A stretch of 64,000 nucleotides of DNA from Thermoanaerobaculia bacterium (GTDB taxonomy: Bacteria; Acidobacteriota; Thermoanaerobaculia; UBA5066): positions 192,001 to 256,000 of the forward strand of contig CAWFJJ010000001.1 in NCBI GenBank assembly GCA_963816185.1, given 5' to 3'. The number at the start of each line of letters is the position of its first letter. Within the stretch, counting starts at the first letter, position 1. The notes under the pieces are model-generated. The model saw nothing but the letters and a program-made list of their open reading frames with translations. It was not told the origin of the DNA and searched no databases. The translations under genes were made by a program, and so were the position numbers. This document shows, in pieces, positions 39,817 through 48,025 of this stretch.

Positions 39817-41425
39817 CGCGGCGATCTCCGGGTCGCCCGCCACGGCTGCCGACCGGGACAACGCGATCCTCGCGGCGCACCGGAAGCTCGCGGAGCTCGA
39901 CCCGTTTTCCGATCGCGAGCGGCTCTTCGAGGGGATCCTCGCTGCGCTCCTGACGGCGGCTCACGCCGAGCGAGGCGTCCTCGTGGATCCCCAGCAGCCG
40001 CCGAGCTCCGCGGGTCAGGACGCCGTAAAGGCCGTCGAGGAGCCGGTCACGATCCCGCTCACCGCGCGGGACGAGACGCTCGCGCTTCTCAAGCTCGAGA
40101 AACCTCCCCTCGATCCGATCGGCTTCGCGTCGGTCACGGCCCACGCGGCGCGACTCCTCGATTCCGTGCGGATGGCCGACAAGGTGCAGAAGGCGGACTT
40201 CGAGCTGAAGTACAGGGTCTGGGAGCTGCAGAGCCTGTACGACGTCGGGCTCTCGATCGCGGGCACCCTCAACTTCGAGTCGCTGGCCGAGGACATTCTC
40301 TACAAGTCCATCTCGCTCCTCAACGCGCGCACGGGGACGCTCATCGTGTGCGACCGCGCTTCGGACGGCCCGGTCTACGTGCGCCATCTCGGCGAGCCGC
40401 TTCTCGACGGCGAGTCGGCACGGCTGCTCCCGTCGACGTCGCTCCGCTGCAACACGATCGCCGAGCGGGTGGGCCTGCTCGTGAACGCCCCGGCGGAAAA
40501 GCTCCTCGCCGTGCCGATCCTCGCCGACGGGCGCTGGCTCGGAGTCCTCATCGTGGCCGACAAGGAGAACCGGAACGGTTCGATCGACGACTTCACCGAG
40601 GCCGACGAGCGCGTCGCGTCGCTTTTCGCGAATCAGGCCGCGATCGCGCTCGAGAACGCGCGCCTCCACCGCGAGGCGGTCGAGAAGGAGAAGATGGAGC
40701 GGGAGATCGAGCTCGCCGCCTCCATCCAGAAGACGATTCTCCCGGAGACGCTTCCGGACGTGCCGGGGCTCCTCGTGGCCGGCGGGAACCGGCCGACGAA
40801 GCAGGTCGGGGGCGATTACTACGACGTCTATCCGCTCGCGGACGGGCGCACGGCGCTCTGCGTGGCCGACGTCTCGGGCAAAGGCGTGCCTGCGGCGCTC
40901 CTCGTGTCCACGGTCCACGCCTGCCTTCATCTCCTCGTGCCGAACCACGCCTCCGACCTTCCCGCTCTCGTGGCTCGCGTCAACCGTCATCTCGTGGGCT
41001 TCTCGTCCACCCGCAAGTTTGCGACGCTGTTCATCGCCGTCTACGATCCCGCCGCCGGGACGCTCACGTACGTGAACGCGGGCCACAACCCCGGGCTCTG
41101 GATCTCGCCGGAAGGCGTGACGCTGCTGCCGAGCGGCGGCGTGCCCGTCGGAATGATGCCGGGCGTCACGCACACGCAGGCCACGATTCAGATGGCGTCC
41201 GGCGACACGCTTCTCCTGTACTCCGACGGAATCACCGAAGCGCTGAACGGCGCCGACGAGGAGTTCGGCATGGAGCGTCTCACGGCGCTTGCCGTCGAGG
41301 GGCGCGCGCAGCCCCCGGCGGAGCTTTCCCGGCGCATCTTCGGCGCGGTGAGCGACTTCACGACCGGCGTCGCGCAATACGACGACCAGACGGTGCTCAT
41401 CGCGCGGGTCGTGCCGGCGGCGTGA
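39755..41425 (+). CDS. GAF + SpoIIE/PP2C phosphatase (RsbU-like); start uncertain
   Basis: ANQAAIALENARL linker, VGGDYYD, VADVSGKG, YVNAGHNP, YSDGITE and DDQT motifs. Confidence 0.92.
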   Translation: MRASSPLPSPPSPGSGARPSSAAISGSPATAADRDNAILAAHRKLAELDPFSDRERLFEGILAALLTAAHAERGVLVDPQQPPSSAGQDAVKAVEEPVTIPLTARDETLALLKLEKPPLDPIGFASVTAHAARLLDSVRMADKVQKADFELKYRVWELQSLYDVGLSIAGTLNFESLAEDILYKSISLLNARTGTLIVCDRASDGPVYVRHLGEPLLDGESARLLPSTSLRCNTIAERVGLLVNAPAEKLLAVPILADGRWLGVLIVADKENRNGSIDDFTEADERVASLFANQAAIALENARLHREAVEKEKMEREIELAASIQKTILPETLPDVPGLLVAGGNRPTKQVGGDYYDVYPLADGRTALCVADVSGKGVPAALLVSTVHACLHLLVPNHASDLPALVARVNRHLVGFSSTRKFATLFIAVYDPAAGTLTYVNAGHNPGLWISPEGVTLLPSGGVPVGMMPGVTHTQATIQMASGDTLLLYSDGITEALNGADEEFGMERLTALAVEGRAQPPAELSRRIFGAVSDFTTGVAQYDDQTVLIARVVPAA

Positions 41426-42786
41426 GGTTCCGCGGAGGATCCCTCGCCGTGGCGGCGCTCGGCGCCCTTGCCTGCACGTTCTCGCGGGAGATCACGATCC
41501 TGCCTCACAGGCTCGAAAAGCCGCTCCCGAACGGGCTCGTGAACTCCTACAACGCCGAAGAGCAGCTCCAACGCGGTTACATCCCCGAGGTCTCCGAATT
41601 CCTCGCCGGACCGGGCGCCCGAACCCTCGACACCGTCCGCTTCGACCGCCTGGCCGGCCAGGTTCTTCTCGAGCGCGGCAACTTCCGCGGCGCCGCGTCG
41701 CGGCTCGAGCGTGCCCTGGCGGGCACGGGCCGCATGTCGGACCGCGCGGACCTCGCGTGGCTCCTGTCGCAGGCCGCCTACTGGGACGGAGACTTCTCGT
41801 CCGCGGGGCGCTGGGGGCGCGAGGCGCAGCGCGAGGGAAAACGCGTGCCGGACGGCTGGCTCGTCTTCCTGGAATCGCAGGGCGCGCGCGTCCTGTACGG
41901 CGGCGCGGCGGCGGGAGAACGCTTTTCGATCCCCGTCGCGTTCGGGCGGCCGAACCTCCTGCGCATCCCCGTGCGCGTGAACTCTCGTCCCGCCGAGGAG
42001 ATGGTCCTCGACTCGGGCGCGTCGCTGTCCCTCCTGACGGAGAGCGCGGCGGCCCGGCTGGGCGTGGCGTTCGTTCCGGGCGCGACGGCCGTCGCGAAGG
42101 GTCTGCACGAAAGGGACCTTCCCATGCGCCTCGGCTGGGTCGATTCCGTACGCGTGGGCGACCTCACGCTGACGGATGTCCCGGTCGGCGTCCTGCCCGA
42201 CGGCACGCTTACGTTCGCGACAGCTACGGCCGGGCTCTTCCGCCTGAACGGGGTCCTCGGTGTCCATCTCATGAAGGAGCTCGACTGGAGAATCGAGTTC
42301 AAAGACCGCCTCCTCCAGGCCCGACGCCTCGATCCGCACATCGTGCGCGGCTCGAAGGACCAGAATCTCTTCTTCCGGAGAATGAAGCCCATGGCGCGCG
42401 CCTCGCTCAACGGGCAGCCGTGGTCGCTCTTCCTTCTCGACACCGGGTCCGAGCCCTCGATGGTCACGCGCGGCGGGCTGAGCCGGACGCGCCTCTTCGA
42501 ACCGGCGGCGGCGTACCCGATCACGCTCGAGGGGATCGGGCAGTCGCGCGTGTCGTGGGCCAAGATCTCGAACGTGACGGTGGGGGTCTCGGCCTACATG
42601 GTCCGGTTCAAGGACATCGTCGTGAAAGAGGAGTCGGACGGGATCGAGGACGGCATCCTGGGCGCGTCTTTTCTTTCCTCGTTCGACGTGGAGATTCGTT
42701 TCGGCGCGATGACTCTCGTGCTCGAGAACCCGTTGGATCGATACCTCCGACAGAAGGAGGCGGCCTCGCAGGAGATCGCACGATAG
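41422..42786 (+). CDS. Lipoprotein with TPR-like region and two retropepsin-like aspartyl protease domains
   Basis: GTGA overlap with the upstream stop; lipobox GALA-C; VLDSGA...GVLG and LLDTGS...DGILG motifs. Confidence 0.85.
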   Translation: MRFRGGSLAVAALGALACTFSREITILPHRLEKPLPNGLVNSYNAEEQLQRGYIPEVSEFLAGPGARTLDTVRFDRLAGQVLLERGNFRGAASRLERALAGTGRMSDRADLAWLLSQAAYWDGDFSSAGRWGREAQREGKRVPDGWLVFLESQGARVLYGGAAAGERFSIPVAFGRPNLLRIPVRVNSRPAEEMVLDSGASLSLLTESAAARLGVAFVPGATAVAKGLHERDLPMRLGWVDSVRVGDLTLTDVPVGVLPDGTLTFATATAGLFRLNGVLGVHLMKELDWRIEFKDRLLQARRLDPHIVRGSKDQNLFFRRMKPMARASLNGQPWSLFLLDTGSEPSMVTRGGLSRTRLFEPAAAYPITLEGIGQSRVSWAKISNVTVGVSAYMVRFKDIVVKEESDGIEDGILGASFLSSFDVEIRFGAMTLVLENPLDRYLRQKEAASQEIAR

Positions 42787-42787
42787 A

Positions 42788-43555
42788 ATGAGTCGCGTGC
42801 AGGGGCGCCATCCACGGGGAGCGGCGGCGGCCGCGGCGCTCGCGGCAATGAGCGTCCTCTACGCGGGAGGGTGCCGGGGTCCGGCCGATCCTATGCAGAA
42901 GAAGCGGAACGACATGGTCGAGCACCAGATCGTCGCGCGCGGGATTCGGGATCCGCGCGTGCTCGAGGCGATGCGCACCGTGCCACGCCACCTTTTCGTC
43001 CCGCCGGCGGAGGAAGCGTCCGCGTACGACGACCGGCCGCTGCCCATCGGAAGCGGTCAGACGATCTCGCAGCCCTATGTCGTCGCCTTCATGGCCGAGC
43101 AGCTTCGCCTGACCGGGAAGGAGAAGGTCCTCGAGATCGGGACGGGCTCGGGCTATTCGACGGCGATCCTCGCGGCCGTGGCCTCGAAGGTCTTCTCGAT
43201 CGAGATCCGCCCCGAGCTGGCGCGTCTGGCGAAGGAACGTCTCGAAAAGCTGGGCATCAAGAACGTCGAGCTGAGGGCGGCCGACGGCTATCGAGGCTGG
43301 CCGGAGGAAGCGCCGTTCGACGCGATCGTCGTCACCGCCGCTCCGGAGCGGATCCCGCCCCCGCTCCTCGAGCAGCTCGCCCCCGAAGGGCGGATGGTGA
43401 TCCCGGTCGGCGCGTTCTATCAGGAGCTGAAGGTCATCAAGCGGCAGGGCGGAGGCTACTCGGAGAAGAGCGTCCTTCCCGTGCGGTTCGTGCCTCTCGT
43501 GGGCGAGGCCGAAGGAAGCGCGCCTCCGGCCCGCGACCCCGGGACCTCGCGATGA
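42788..43555 (+). CDS. pcm: Protein-L-isoaspartate O-methyltransferase
   Basis: VPRHLFVP, LPIGSGQTISQP, VLEIGTGSGY, APFDAIVVTAA and VRFVPL motifs; the start may be GTG 42797. Confidence 0.95.
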   Translation: MSRVQGRHPRGAAAAAALAAMSVLYAGGCRGPADPMQKKRNDMVEHQIVARGIRDPRVLEAMRTVPRHLFVPPAEEASAYDDRPLPIGSGQTISQPYVVAFMAEQLRLTGKEKVLEIGTGSGYSTAILAAVASKVFSIEIRPELARLAKERLEKLGIKNVELRAADGYRGWPEEAPFDAIVVTAAPERIPPPLLEQLAPEGRMVIPVGAFYQELKVIKRQGGGYSEKSVLPVRFVPLVGEAEGSAPPARDPGTSR

Positions 43556-43830
43556 GCGCCGTGAAGGCGCTCACGAATTCCTCGGTCCTTCTCGAACGAG
43601 TGCCCGTCAGGGAGCGCGGCGCGTCGCTGACGCGCTCCGCGTGGCGAATCGCGGTGACGGCGGATGAGGGCGCGGGCACGATCGTCCGTCTCGAGGTGTC
43701 GGACGGCGCGGTTCATTTCCGCGGCGACGGCCTGTTCCTCGGCTGGGGCGCGGAAGACATGCGCGCCGCCTGGGACGCGCTCGCGCGCTCGGATGCCGCG
43801 CCAGAGCCGGAGCTCATGCAGCTCGGCTAG
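43552..43830 (+). CDS. Hypothetical protein (92 aa)
   Basis: ATGA overlap with the pcm stop; globular-looking sequence with RGDGLFLGW. Confidence 0.6.
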   Translation: MSAVKALTNSSVLLERVPVRERGASLTRSAWRIAVTADEGAGTIVRLEVSDGAVHFRGDGLFLGWGAEDMRAAWDALARSDAAPEPELMQLG

Positions 43831-44627
43831 ATCCCGGCCCAGCCCGGTTCCAGGCGCGTCCAGCCTTCTTCGATCGCCCACAAGTCCATCGCGAGCGAGA
43901 CGAGGTCGTCCACTTCCGGGAGCGGCCGCGCGTCGAGCGTGAGGTCGATCGACTTGACGTAGCGACGGCACGTCTCGCACGCCTCGATGCGGACGTTCTT
44001 GTGCACGTCGCTCTGGAAGCCCGGCAGCTTCGCGGGATTCTCTTCCCGGCACGAGGGGCAGCGGATCCGGTTGAAGGGCCACTCCGTCCCGCAGAGCCCG
44101 CAGATGAGGAAGCGCGCGGCGCCGTTGGATTCGGGCAGCTCCTTGCGGTAGGAGACGATGGGCGCGGCGCCGCAGGCGGGGCAGTGGCCTTCGTGCCGGG
44201 GGCGTTGGGCGGCGATCCCCGCGCGCGCAAGGACCTCGGCGAAGGGCCGGAGGAACGCACGTGACAGATAGTCCTCCGCTGCGTCGCGGCCCCCTTCCCA
44301 GTAGACGCGGAGCCGGGTGGCGGCGGTCGCCGGATCGTCTTTCGCGCGAGCCTCCGCGGCCTCCGCCAGCTCGGACGGCCCGTCGGCGGCGGCGAAGGAG
44401 AGAAGAGGAGGCAGCAGGTCGGCGAGGCGGGGCAGGTCCACCGCCCCGCCTGTGAACGGCGTGTCGGCGTGCCGTGCCGCGATAGCGGCAGCGAGGCGGC
44501 CCTGCAGGCGGAAGAGCTTTGCGGCGAACCCCAGCGGATCGGCAACGGCAGGGGCGGTCCCGGCAAGCAGCTCGGCGCGCGCAGCGCGCTTTTCGAACGC
44601 CGCCACCGGGTCGAAGCTCGTTTTCAC
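43827..44627 (-). CDS. fdhE: Formate dehydrogenase maturation protein
   Basis: CPACG, CGLC..EW, CPSC and CETC..YVK cysteine pairs; close to the fdn genes. Confidence 0.93.
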   Translation of the reverse strand: MKTSFDPVAAFEKRAARAELLAGTAPAVADPLGFAAKLFRLQGRLAAAIAARHADTPFTGGAVDLPRLADLLPPLLSFAAADGPSELAEAAEARAKDDPATAATRLRVYWEGGRDAAEDYLSRAFLRPFAEVLARAGIAAQRPRHEGHCPACGAAPIVSYRKELPESNGAARFLICGLCGTEWPFNRIRCPSCREENPAKLPGFQSDVHKNVRIEACETCRRYVKSIDLTLDARPLPEVDDLVSLAMDLWAIEEGWTRLEPGWAGI

Positions 44628-44711
44628 TCGAGCACGTTATCGCTGGAGGGCCGGAAAACGAAACCTTCGGCTCATCGGATGGCGCCCACCCGGAATTCCG
44701 TGCCCGCCGCC

Positions 44712-44740
44712 TTGATACCTTGTAATACAAGGTATAGTGT
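44712..44740 (+). promoter_or_regulatory. PadR promoter with overlapping palindromic operator
   Basis: TTGATA-17 nt-TAGTGT, 6 nt before ATG 44747; perfect inverted repeat ATACCTTGTA-A-TACAAGGTAT (44715-44735). Confidence 0.8.
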
Positions 44741-44746
44741 CATCAT

Positions 44747-45127
44747 ATGACTTCTGCACCGCTCGCGACCGGGAGACCCGAACCCCTCGACAAGTGGGAG
44801 GTTCAGATCCGGAAAGGTTGCCTCGAGCTGGCGATCCTCGCCGCTGTGTGGTCCAAAGCGCGTTACGGGCTAGAGATCCTGCGCGAACTGACCGACGCCG
44901 CGGATCTCGTCGTTCCGGAGGGAACCGTGTATCCGCTGCTGAGCCGGCTCAAGGCGGAGGGCCTCCTCGAGTCGGAGTGGGTGGAAGCCGAGGGCGGCCA
45001 CCCGCGGAAGTACTACCGCCTCACTGCGAGCGGCCGCCGCCGGGCCGTGCAGATGGCGCATTTCTGGTCGACCTTCACCGCGAAGCTTCACGGCCTCATC
45101 ACGCCGCTCCGAAAGGAGGAACGCTGA
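44747..45127 (+). CDS. PadR family transcriptional regulator
   Basis: QIRKGCLELAIL, YGLEI, EGTVYPLLSRL and PRKYYRLT motifs. Confidence 0.93.
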   Translation: MTSAPLATGRPEPLDKWEVQIRKGCLELAILAAVWSKARYGLEILRELTDAADLVVPEGTVYPLLSRLKAEGLLESEWVEAEGGHPRKYYRLTASGRRRAVQMAHFWSTFTAKLHGLITPLRKEER

Positions 45128-45735
45128 TGCCGGATACCCGCGCGGCGCACCAAAGGATCGATCGGTATCTTCAAGATCTGCGAAGGGCGCTCGGCGGCCT
45201 CCCGGAGGAGCACGTGGCCGACATCGTGGAGGAATTGCGCAGTCACTTGCTGGAGAAGGCGACGGCCGGCGGAGAGCTGACGGCGGAATCGGTCGCATCG
45301 GCGCTCGAAGGGCTTGGTGACCCCGAGGAGCTGGCCAGCCAGTACCTGACGGACCATCTCTTGGCGCGGGCGCAATTCAGCCACTCACCTCTGCTCGTCC
45401 TCCGCGGCCTCTTCCAGACGGCGACTCTCGGCCTTGCGGGGATCTTCGTCCTCGTCGGATCGGGCGTGGGTTACGGCCTATGCCTCGCCGTCGTCCTATG
45501 CGCGGCCTTGAAAGTGTTTCATCCGGCCTCGGCGGGGCTCTGGGCGGGCCCGGAAGGCGAGCTGAGCCTTCGCATGGGGTTCGGTGCTCCACCGGCGGGT
45601 ACCCGCGAGCTCCTGGGTTGGTGGATCATCCCGATCGGGCTTGCGCTGGGAGCCGGCCTTTATCTTCTGACGATCCGTTTCGGCCGATGGGGCGTTCGCA
45701 CCCTACGGCATGCGGGCCGGGCCGAGAAGCCGTGA
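45127..45735 (+). CDS. DUF1700/HAAS-type membrane protein (PadR partner)
   Basis: YLQDLRRAL..LP...DIVEELRSHL...LGDPEELA followed by TM helices; TGATG coupling with PadR. Confidence 0.8.
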   Translation: MPDTRAAHQRIDRYLQDLRRALGGLPEEHVADIVEELRSHLLEKATAGGELTAESVASALEGLGDPEELASQYLTDHLLARAQFSHSPLLVLRGLFQTATLGLAGIFVLVGSGVGYGLCLAVVLCAALKVFHPASAGLWAGPEGELSLRMGFGAPPAGTRELLGWWIIPIGLALGAGLYLLTIRFGRWGVRTLRHAGRAEKP

Positions 45736-45736
45736 C

Positions 45737-46390
45737 ATGAAGCTTTCCGACTCCCGCTTCGTGAGCGCCCTCGAACTCGTGCTGGGGACATTCGTCGTGA
45801 TCGGCCACAACGTCTTTCACGCCGTGCCCAACGAGGTGCCGATCCTCGCCGCGCTGGGCCTGATCTCGTTTCGGGTACGCGGCGGCGGCTGGTCCGCGTT
45901 GCCGTTTCGGCGTCCGGTTTCCTGGAAGCGCATCGTCCTGATTGCATTCGTGACCGCGGCGGCGAGAATCCTGCTGGGTCAGCTGGTCGAACCGCTCACC
46001 GCGAGGTTCTGGCCTCCGATCGTGGAGCCCGCCGGAATGAACACGATCGCGGGTCACCCGGGCGTCGCGCTCAAATGGCTCGCGATCGTCTGGACGTGGG
46101 CCGCGTTCGGCGAGGAATTCGGGTATCGCGGCTATCTCCTCACGCGGGCCGCCGACCTCGGAAAAGGATCGGAGGCGGCCTATCTCGCCGGCATGGTCTT
46201 CGTGGCGATCTTGTTCGGCTACGGGCACTATTACAAGGGACCCGCGGGGGTCGTAGACTCGGGCGTCGCCGGGCTCGTGCTCGGGGCCGCGTACCTCTTT
46301 TCCGGCCGGAATCTCTGGGCGTGCGTCCTCGCCCACGGCTTCATCGACACGTTCGGGGTGACCGCGCTCTACCTCGGCTGGGCGAACTGA
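45737..46390 (+). CDS. CPBP/CAAX (Abi) intramembrane metalloprotease
   Basis: EEFGYRG, LFGYGHYY and AHGFID motifs. Confidence 0.9.
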   Translation: MKLSDSRFVSALELVLGTFVVIGHNVFHAVPNEVPILAALGLISFRVRGGGWSALPFRRPVSWKRIVLIAFVTAAARILLGQLVEPLTARFWPPIVEPAGMNTIAGHPGVALKWLAIVWTWAAFGEEFGYRGYLLTRAADLGKGSEAAYLAGMVFVAILFGYGHYYKGPAGVVDSGVAGLVLGAAYLFSGRNLWACVLAHGFIDTFGVTALYLGWAN

Positions 46391-46397
46391 CTCCGGA

Positions 46398-47090
46398 CTA
46401 TTTCTTGGGCTCCATCACTTCCTTGTACCACTTCGGATGGTGCAGGCGCGCCCAGGCCTTGGTCACGGTGCCGCGGGTCATCGAGCCGAACGTCCCAGGC
46501 TCGGCTGCAGTGCCGAGGTAGATGTGGAAGACGATCGTGACGGCGAACAGGATGAACGTGCCGTCGTGGAGAAGGATCGCGATCTCGCGAAAGAAGTGCG
46601 AGAACTTGAGCGGGAACCAGAGGACGACGCCCGAGACGAGGAGGCCGAGCGCCGCGAGCGCCGACGTGAAGAAGAAGATCTTCTGGCCGCCGTTGTATTT
46701 CCCGACGTCGGAGTCGTCGGTCTGGTAGCGCATGTACGTGAAGAGCTTCGGGCCGATCCAGCTCCTCTCGTCGGGCCTGAGCTCCATCTCGGAGTACCAG
46801 GCGACGAGCATCACGAGTGTCGCAATCGAGAAAGCGACGCCCGCCCAGGGATGCAGCCAGCGGCAGACCTGGAGTCCGCCGAAGAGCGGCGCCATCCAGG
46901 CGAAGACCGGCGTCCAGATTGGCAGGCCGGTGAGCAGACAGACGATGAACGTGACGGCGACGCACCAATGGATGACGCGTGAGGAGAGACGGTGGCGGAT
47001 GATCTCGTTTCCAACGACGACGTTCTCGCGATCACGGCCCACGATGACGGCTTCGTCCATCGCCCGGTCGCGGGTCGGGACAGAGCTCAT
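46398..47090 (-). CDS. fdnI: Formate dehydrogenase gamma subunit (cytochrome b556)
   Basis: RVIHW, LHPWAG, GKYNGGQK, HIY and AWARLHHPKWY motifs. Confidence 0.93.
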   Translation of the reverse strand: MSSVPTRDRAMDEAVIVGRDRENVVVGNEIIRHRLSSRVIHWCVAVTFIVCLLTGLPIWTPVFAWMAPLFGGLQVCRWLHPWAGVAFSIATLVMLVAWYSEMELRPDERSWIGPKLFTYMRYQTDDSDVGKYNGGQKIFFFTSALAALGLLVSGVVLWFPLKFSHFFREIAILLHDGTFILFAVTIVFHIYLGTAAEPGTFGSMTRGTVTKAWARLHHPKWYKEVMEPKK

Positions 47091-47115
47091 GTTGCCTCCT
47101 CTTTCTCTTTCCTGC

Positions 47116-48012
47116 TCACGCCTGCGGAAGGTTGGACTCGGCGTCCGCCGCGCCCTTCACTTCCTTCTTGCCGAAGTTGAGGTAATGCCCGAAAGCGCCG
47201 ACGACGGCTCCGACGATGGCGATCAGTCCGAGCGGGCGGACGACGTTCTTCCAGAACTTCATGCCCAGCGGCACGTGCGGATCGCGGGGAAGCGCGCCGT
47301 ACCACTCGGGATGGTCGGCGTGCGCGAGCACGGTGACGACTCCGGTGCCGCCGACGCCCTGCGGGTCATACAGCCCGGCCGACGCGAACCCGTTCTTCTT
47401 GAGCTGCTCCACGCGTGAGTTGCCGAGCGCGACCATGTCGTCCTTCGTGCCGAAGTGCAGACAGCCGGTCGGGCAGGCCTTGATGCACGCAGGCTCGAGA
47501 CCGACCGAGACGCGGTCCACGCAGAGCGTGCACTTGGCCATCTTCCCCGTGGCGGCGTGGAACTTCGGGACGTCGAACGGGCAGCCGGTCGCGCAATAGC
47601 CGCAGCCGATGCACTGCTCCGGGTTCACGTCCACGATGCCGTTCGCGTACTGCACGATCGCGCCCGGAGCGGGGCAGGCCTCGAGGCAACCGGGCTCGGC
47701 GCAGTGCATGCACTGGTCCTTGCGCATCAGCCACATGAGCCCGCCGTCCACTTCGCGCTCGTCGAAGCGGATCAGGTTCCAGAAGGACGGGTCGAGCGTC
47801 GGCATCGTCTGATACGTGCCGGTCTGGGCGGTCGGGACGACCTTCAAGTCGTTCCACTCCTGGCACGCCACCTCGCAGGCCTTGCAGCCGATGCAGGTCG
47901 AGGTGTCGATGTACTTGGAGACGGCCGGCAGGCTGCGCAGGCCGGTGACGTTCCCCGACGAGAGGATGCCCGAGGCCGAGGAGCGGGAGATCTCGAGATT
48001 CTGAACGCTCAT
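47116..48012 (-). CDS. fdnH: Formate dehydrogenase beta subunit (4x[4Fe-4S]) with C-terminal TM anchor
   Basis: CIGCKACEVAC, CMHC..PGC...CP, CIGCGYC...CPF and KCTLC.DR motifs. Confidence 0.95.
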   Translation of the reverse strand: MSVQNLEISRSSASGILSSGNVTGLRSLPAVSKYIDTSTCIGCKACEVACQEWNDLKVVPTAQTGTYQTMPTLDPSFWNLIRFDEREVDGGLMWLMRKDQCMHCAEPGCLEACPAPGAIVQYANGIVDVNPEQCIGCGYCATGCPFDVPKFHAATGKMAKCTLCVDRVSVGLEPACIKACPTGCLHFGTKDDMVALGNSRVEQLKKNGFASAGLYDPQGVGGTGVVTVLAHADHPEWYGALPRDPHVPLGMKFWKNVVRPLGLIAIVGAVVGAFGHYLNFGKKEVKGAADAESNLPQA

Positions 48013-48025
48013 GGTCGTCCTCCTC

